From the NCBI RefSeq assembly GCF_001194135.2, contig NC_068996.1, positions 24,553,591 through 24,617,590 of the forward strand: a stretch of DNA of 64,000 bases, in the 5' to 3' direction. The notes under the pieces are model-generated. The model was not told the origin of the DNA and searched no databases. It saw only the letters and a program-made list of their open reading frames with translations. Positions 61,313 through 64,000 of this stretch are shown piece by piece (positions within the stretch are counted from its first letter, which is position 1; the number at the start of each line of letters is the position of its first letter). This DNA is from Octopus bimaculoides. Its lineage: Eukaryota. Made by a program: the position numbers and the translations under genes.

Positions 61313-61835
61313 CTGTTTGGAAATGTAAATTTGATTTTGATAATAGGTAAATAGTATTAAGTCACAGACAACAACACAAGGAGTTAAATTTAAAAGCTAA
61401 AAGGGTAATCAATGCCAGCTAAATTCTCTAATGTTCATATAGAATATTAACAACTTGCCATCTTCAGTTTATTGTCCATCACTGACATTGTTAAGAGAAT
61501 TTAGTAGTAAAACCCCAATACTAAAGCTATCTGTTACAACTAGACCCAACTTATAAAATCTATCCTGTCTTATTAATGCAATAGCCAACAAAGGCAGGAC
61601 ACCACAGTCAAAAAGGTTGGCTTAACAACAAAATTACACTGAAACCAGCATAGATAATCAAAGATATACTAAGCTAAGAAATTACAGAAAATCAGCTTAG
61701 CGTGATCAATGCAATAACTACATTACTATAATAATTAACCAAACATTAAGTTTTCTCTGCTGTTTGAAAATCATCATTTTAGTTACATCTGACAAAAGAT
61801 AAAGAAAAGCATCAGCAAATAAGTTTAATACACAC

Positions 61836-61908
61836 CTCTGTCGTCCATAAATTTATACAACTGAGCTACAAATCGATCTTCTTCTTCACAAGGTTCATCA
61901 TCGGAGGA
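61836..61908 (-). CDS. ARID4B: ARID4-like exon, start of ARID domain
   Basis: Acceptor cgtttccag|tcc, donor agag|gtgtgt. 73 nt, phase 0 to 1. SSDDEPCEEEDRFVAQLYKFMDDRG matches the ARID4 helix-1 motif (FxxQLYKFMxDRGTPINK). Confidence 0.92.
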
Positions 61909-63288
61909 CTGGAAACGAAGAAAAATAACAGAAAATATAACAAAAAAAAACATAATATAACACTTGTTCTTATATGATTTTATTTGTTTCTTTTATAGAA
62001 TTTTACCATTTTTTAAATTCTATAACAATTTCAGCTATAAAACCAGGTTAGCAGTACAGAGGAGTTCCCATAATCTACCAATCTTAAATTCCTCCTTTAT
62101 GGACTGGAGAACTATGATAACAGGAAGGGCCTGATAACAAAATCCTAATGAATCTTACCTACTGTACTCATATGTAATTCTCAGTTGCTGACAGTATCCC
62201 TGTACATGACTTCAATGGCTCTCACTAGCCATTCATCTACTCCTAGCTTCCACAATAACCACCAGATCAGGGAGCTAAGTACAGCAGTTTACTTTTTTGC
62301 TAAATATTTCTCCTGCAATAGTACTTCTTCCTGGCACAAAATCAAAAAGTCATTAGCATCACAGAATTCCCACAGCCTTATTCTATCCTTTCTTCTAGAA
62401 CCAAAGCCATAAGTTCTATATACACCATGAATTCTATTGGAGTATTATCCAACATGCAGATTGAAATTACCAGCTAAGATAATAGAGTCTGCCATCCATC
62501 ATCAAGGCAATCTGCAGAAGGGACTCATAGAGATGTTCCTTTTGTTGATCTGTCAGTCCTGCTTGTAGAACATATGCCAAGACAAAGACTTCTCACCTGA
62601 GAGGGTGAGTAATATTGAAGCGGGTAGCTTTGTGCCAGGTGATGAGATGTTAAACTATGATAGGACATAAACAGGTGTCTTGCTGTAGAAACTGAAATGA
62701 AAAACTAATTCCTAAAAAAAAAAAACAATGTTGCTCTGAACATCTGACCTTTATTTATTAAGACAAACTTCACTTTATATGCCACACTACTACAACAATT
62801 TTGTTTCTATTTTGTTTCTATTCAAACGAAAGGTTTATTTTCCCTGGTTGAACAATAATCTATAAATCAGAAGCTTCAATCTGTTAACTTTCTCAAGAGT
62901 ATCCCCTATAGCTATACATACTAAATATATTTGAAATTAAATTAACTTTCATTTATTTGTAGTACAAAAATACTCGTAAAAATACACATTTTGGAAATTG
63001 ACTGACAATGAGACAAAACTTTTATTGCAAGGAAAAACACCATTAAAATAATAGATATTGAAATATGAAGTCAGTACTAGCAAGACCACATCTCAAAATT
63101 TGATATTTTAGTACTGCTAATTTCAGAACTGTACTTAAAATAGATTATATAAGTAGATAACATAAAATAAATTGTTTTATATAGTTACATGTTTCCTTTA
63201 ATTTATTCTCAAATTTATAATTGAGAAATATAGATAGACAGATAAAGAGAGGGGAGAGATTAAATAAAGAGGAATTTTGTTTACTTAC

Positions 63289-63395
63289 ATCTTCATCATC
63301 ATTTTCACTATCATCATCAGTCCCAAGTAATTCTTCTTTAGTCCAGTTCTGTGGAAGTTCATGACAATCAAAGTATAATAATGCTTTCTCCATAG
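63289..63395 (-). CDS. ARID4B: ARID4-like exon (first in window); probably the end of the RBB1NT region plus acidic linker
   Basis: Acceptor ttttcaag|ctatg, donor gat|gtaagt. 107 nt, phase 1 to 0. Encodes AMEKALLYFDCHELPQNWTKEELLGTDDDSENDDED and joins in frame to the next exon. The domain assignment is inferred from position. Confidence 0.8.
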
Positions 63396-64000
63396 CTTGA
63401 AAATGAAAATAAAAATTAGAAATTATGTAATAAAATAGCCAACTGTTGGGCACGTTTCTTAATATAAAAATATGAAAAATATCAAAATTGCAAACATGGG
63501 ACTTGAAAGAGAATGAAAATGAAATCACACACACACCAATAGAGAAAACATATATAGCAATAAGAGAGCTGTTTTTCCAGCTCACATAAACAAATATACA
63601 TGTATATTATAGCCAGTGCTAAAGATAGCATTAATTTAATAAGCTTTACATCATATAAGTTTTCTTTTTTTTTTTTATTTTAACTATGATGGAATATATT
63701 GTATGATTTCTGCTTTTCAACATAGTATGCAACTAACCAAAATTGCCAATAACCAACCAAACCAAACCAAACATTTTTATTTCTTTACATCAACAATATC
63801 ACACTAATACTAAAAAAATATCACCACTTTTCTCAAATCTTTCTAGAATCTAATTCTAAATATATCCTGACATTACTAAATGTATGTAATAAAAACTTGG
63901 TCAATACTGTGGCTCTTTAAATCAGTTAATTAAACATTTGACTAGATTCTCATATCCACATAAATTTTACTCTCTGTAATGAGAATTCAGTTATAGGCAC

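Overview
Repeat-dense, AT-rich eukaryotic genomic DNA from a draft assembly with 13 N-gaps. The repeat families and (TA/CA)n load suggest an octopus genome (inference). One protein-coding gene can be reconstructed: a minus-strand ARID4A/ARID4B (RBBP1-family) chromatin regulator. I traced 15 coding exons by hand from 63395 to the stop at 28441; all have GT-AG borders and consistent phases, giving about 1646 codons in the window (two N-gaps included). The N-terminal exons lie beyond 64000. The protein has an ARID domain, a chromo-barrel, two LxCxE motifs, polyQ/polyP tracts and the conserved C-terminal EVASIDRRRKR coil. The rest is transposon-derived: many 5'-truncated RTE-type LINE copies, two tRNA-derived SINE families, decayed mariner/Tc1 elements, a piggyBac-like element and MITE family with TTAA target sites, and a ~580 bp fold-back element. 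Beyond standard annotation, the most interesting signals are (i) an apparently intact minimal type-I hammerhead ribozyme at 1515-1557 and several related hammerhead-like motifs, (ii) a head-to-head RTE arrangement that may be a 5' inversion, (iii) an acidic-context LxCxE motif, and (iv) a duplicated in-frame splice donor. No database searches or folding programs were run; family names come from recalled motif similarity.
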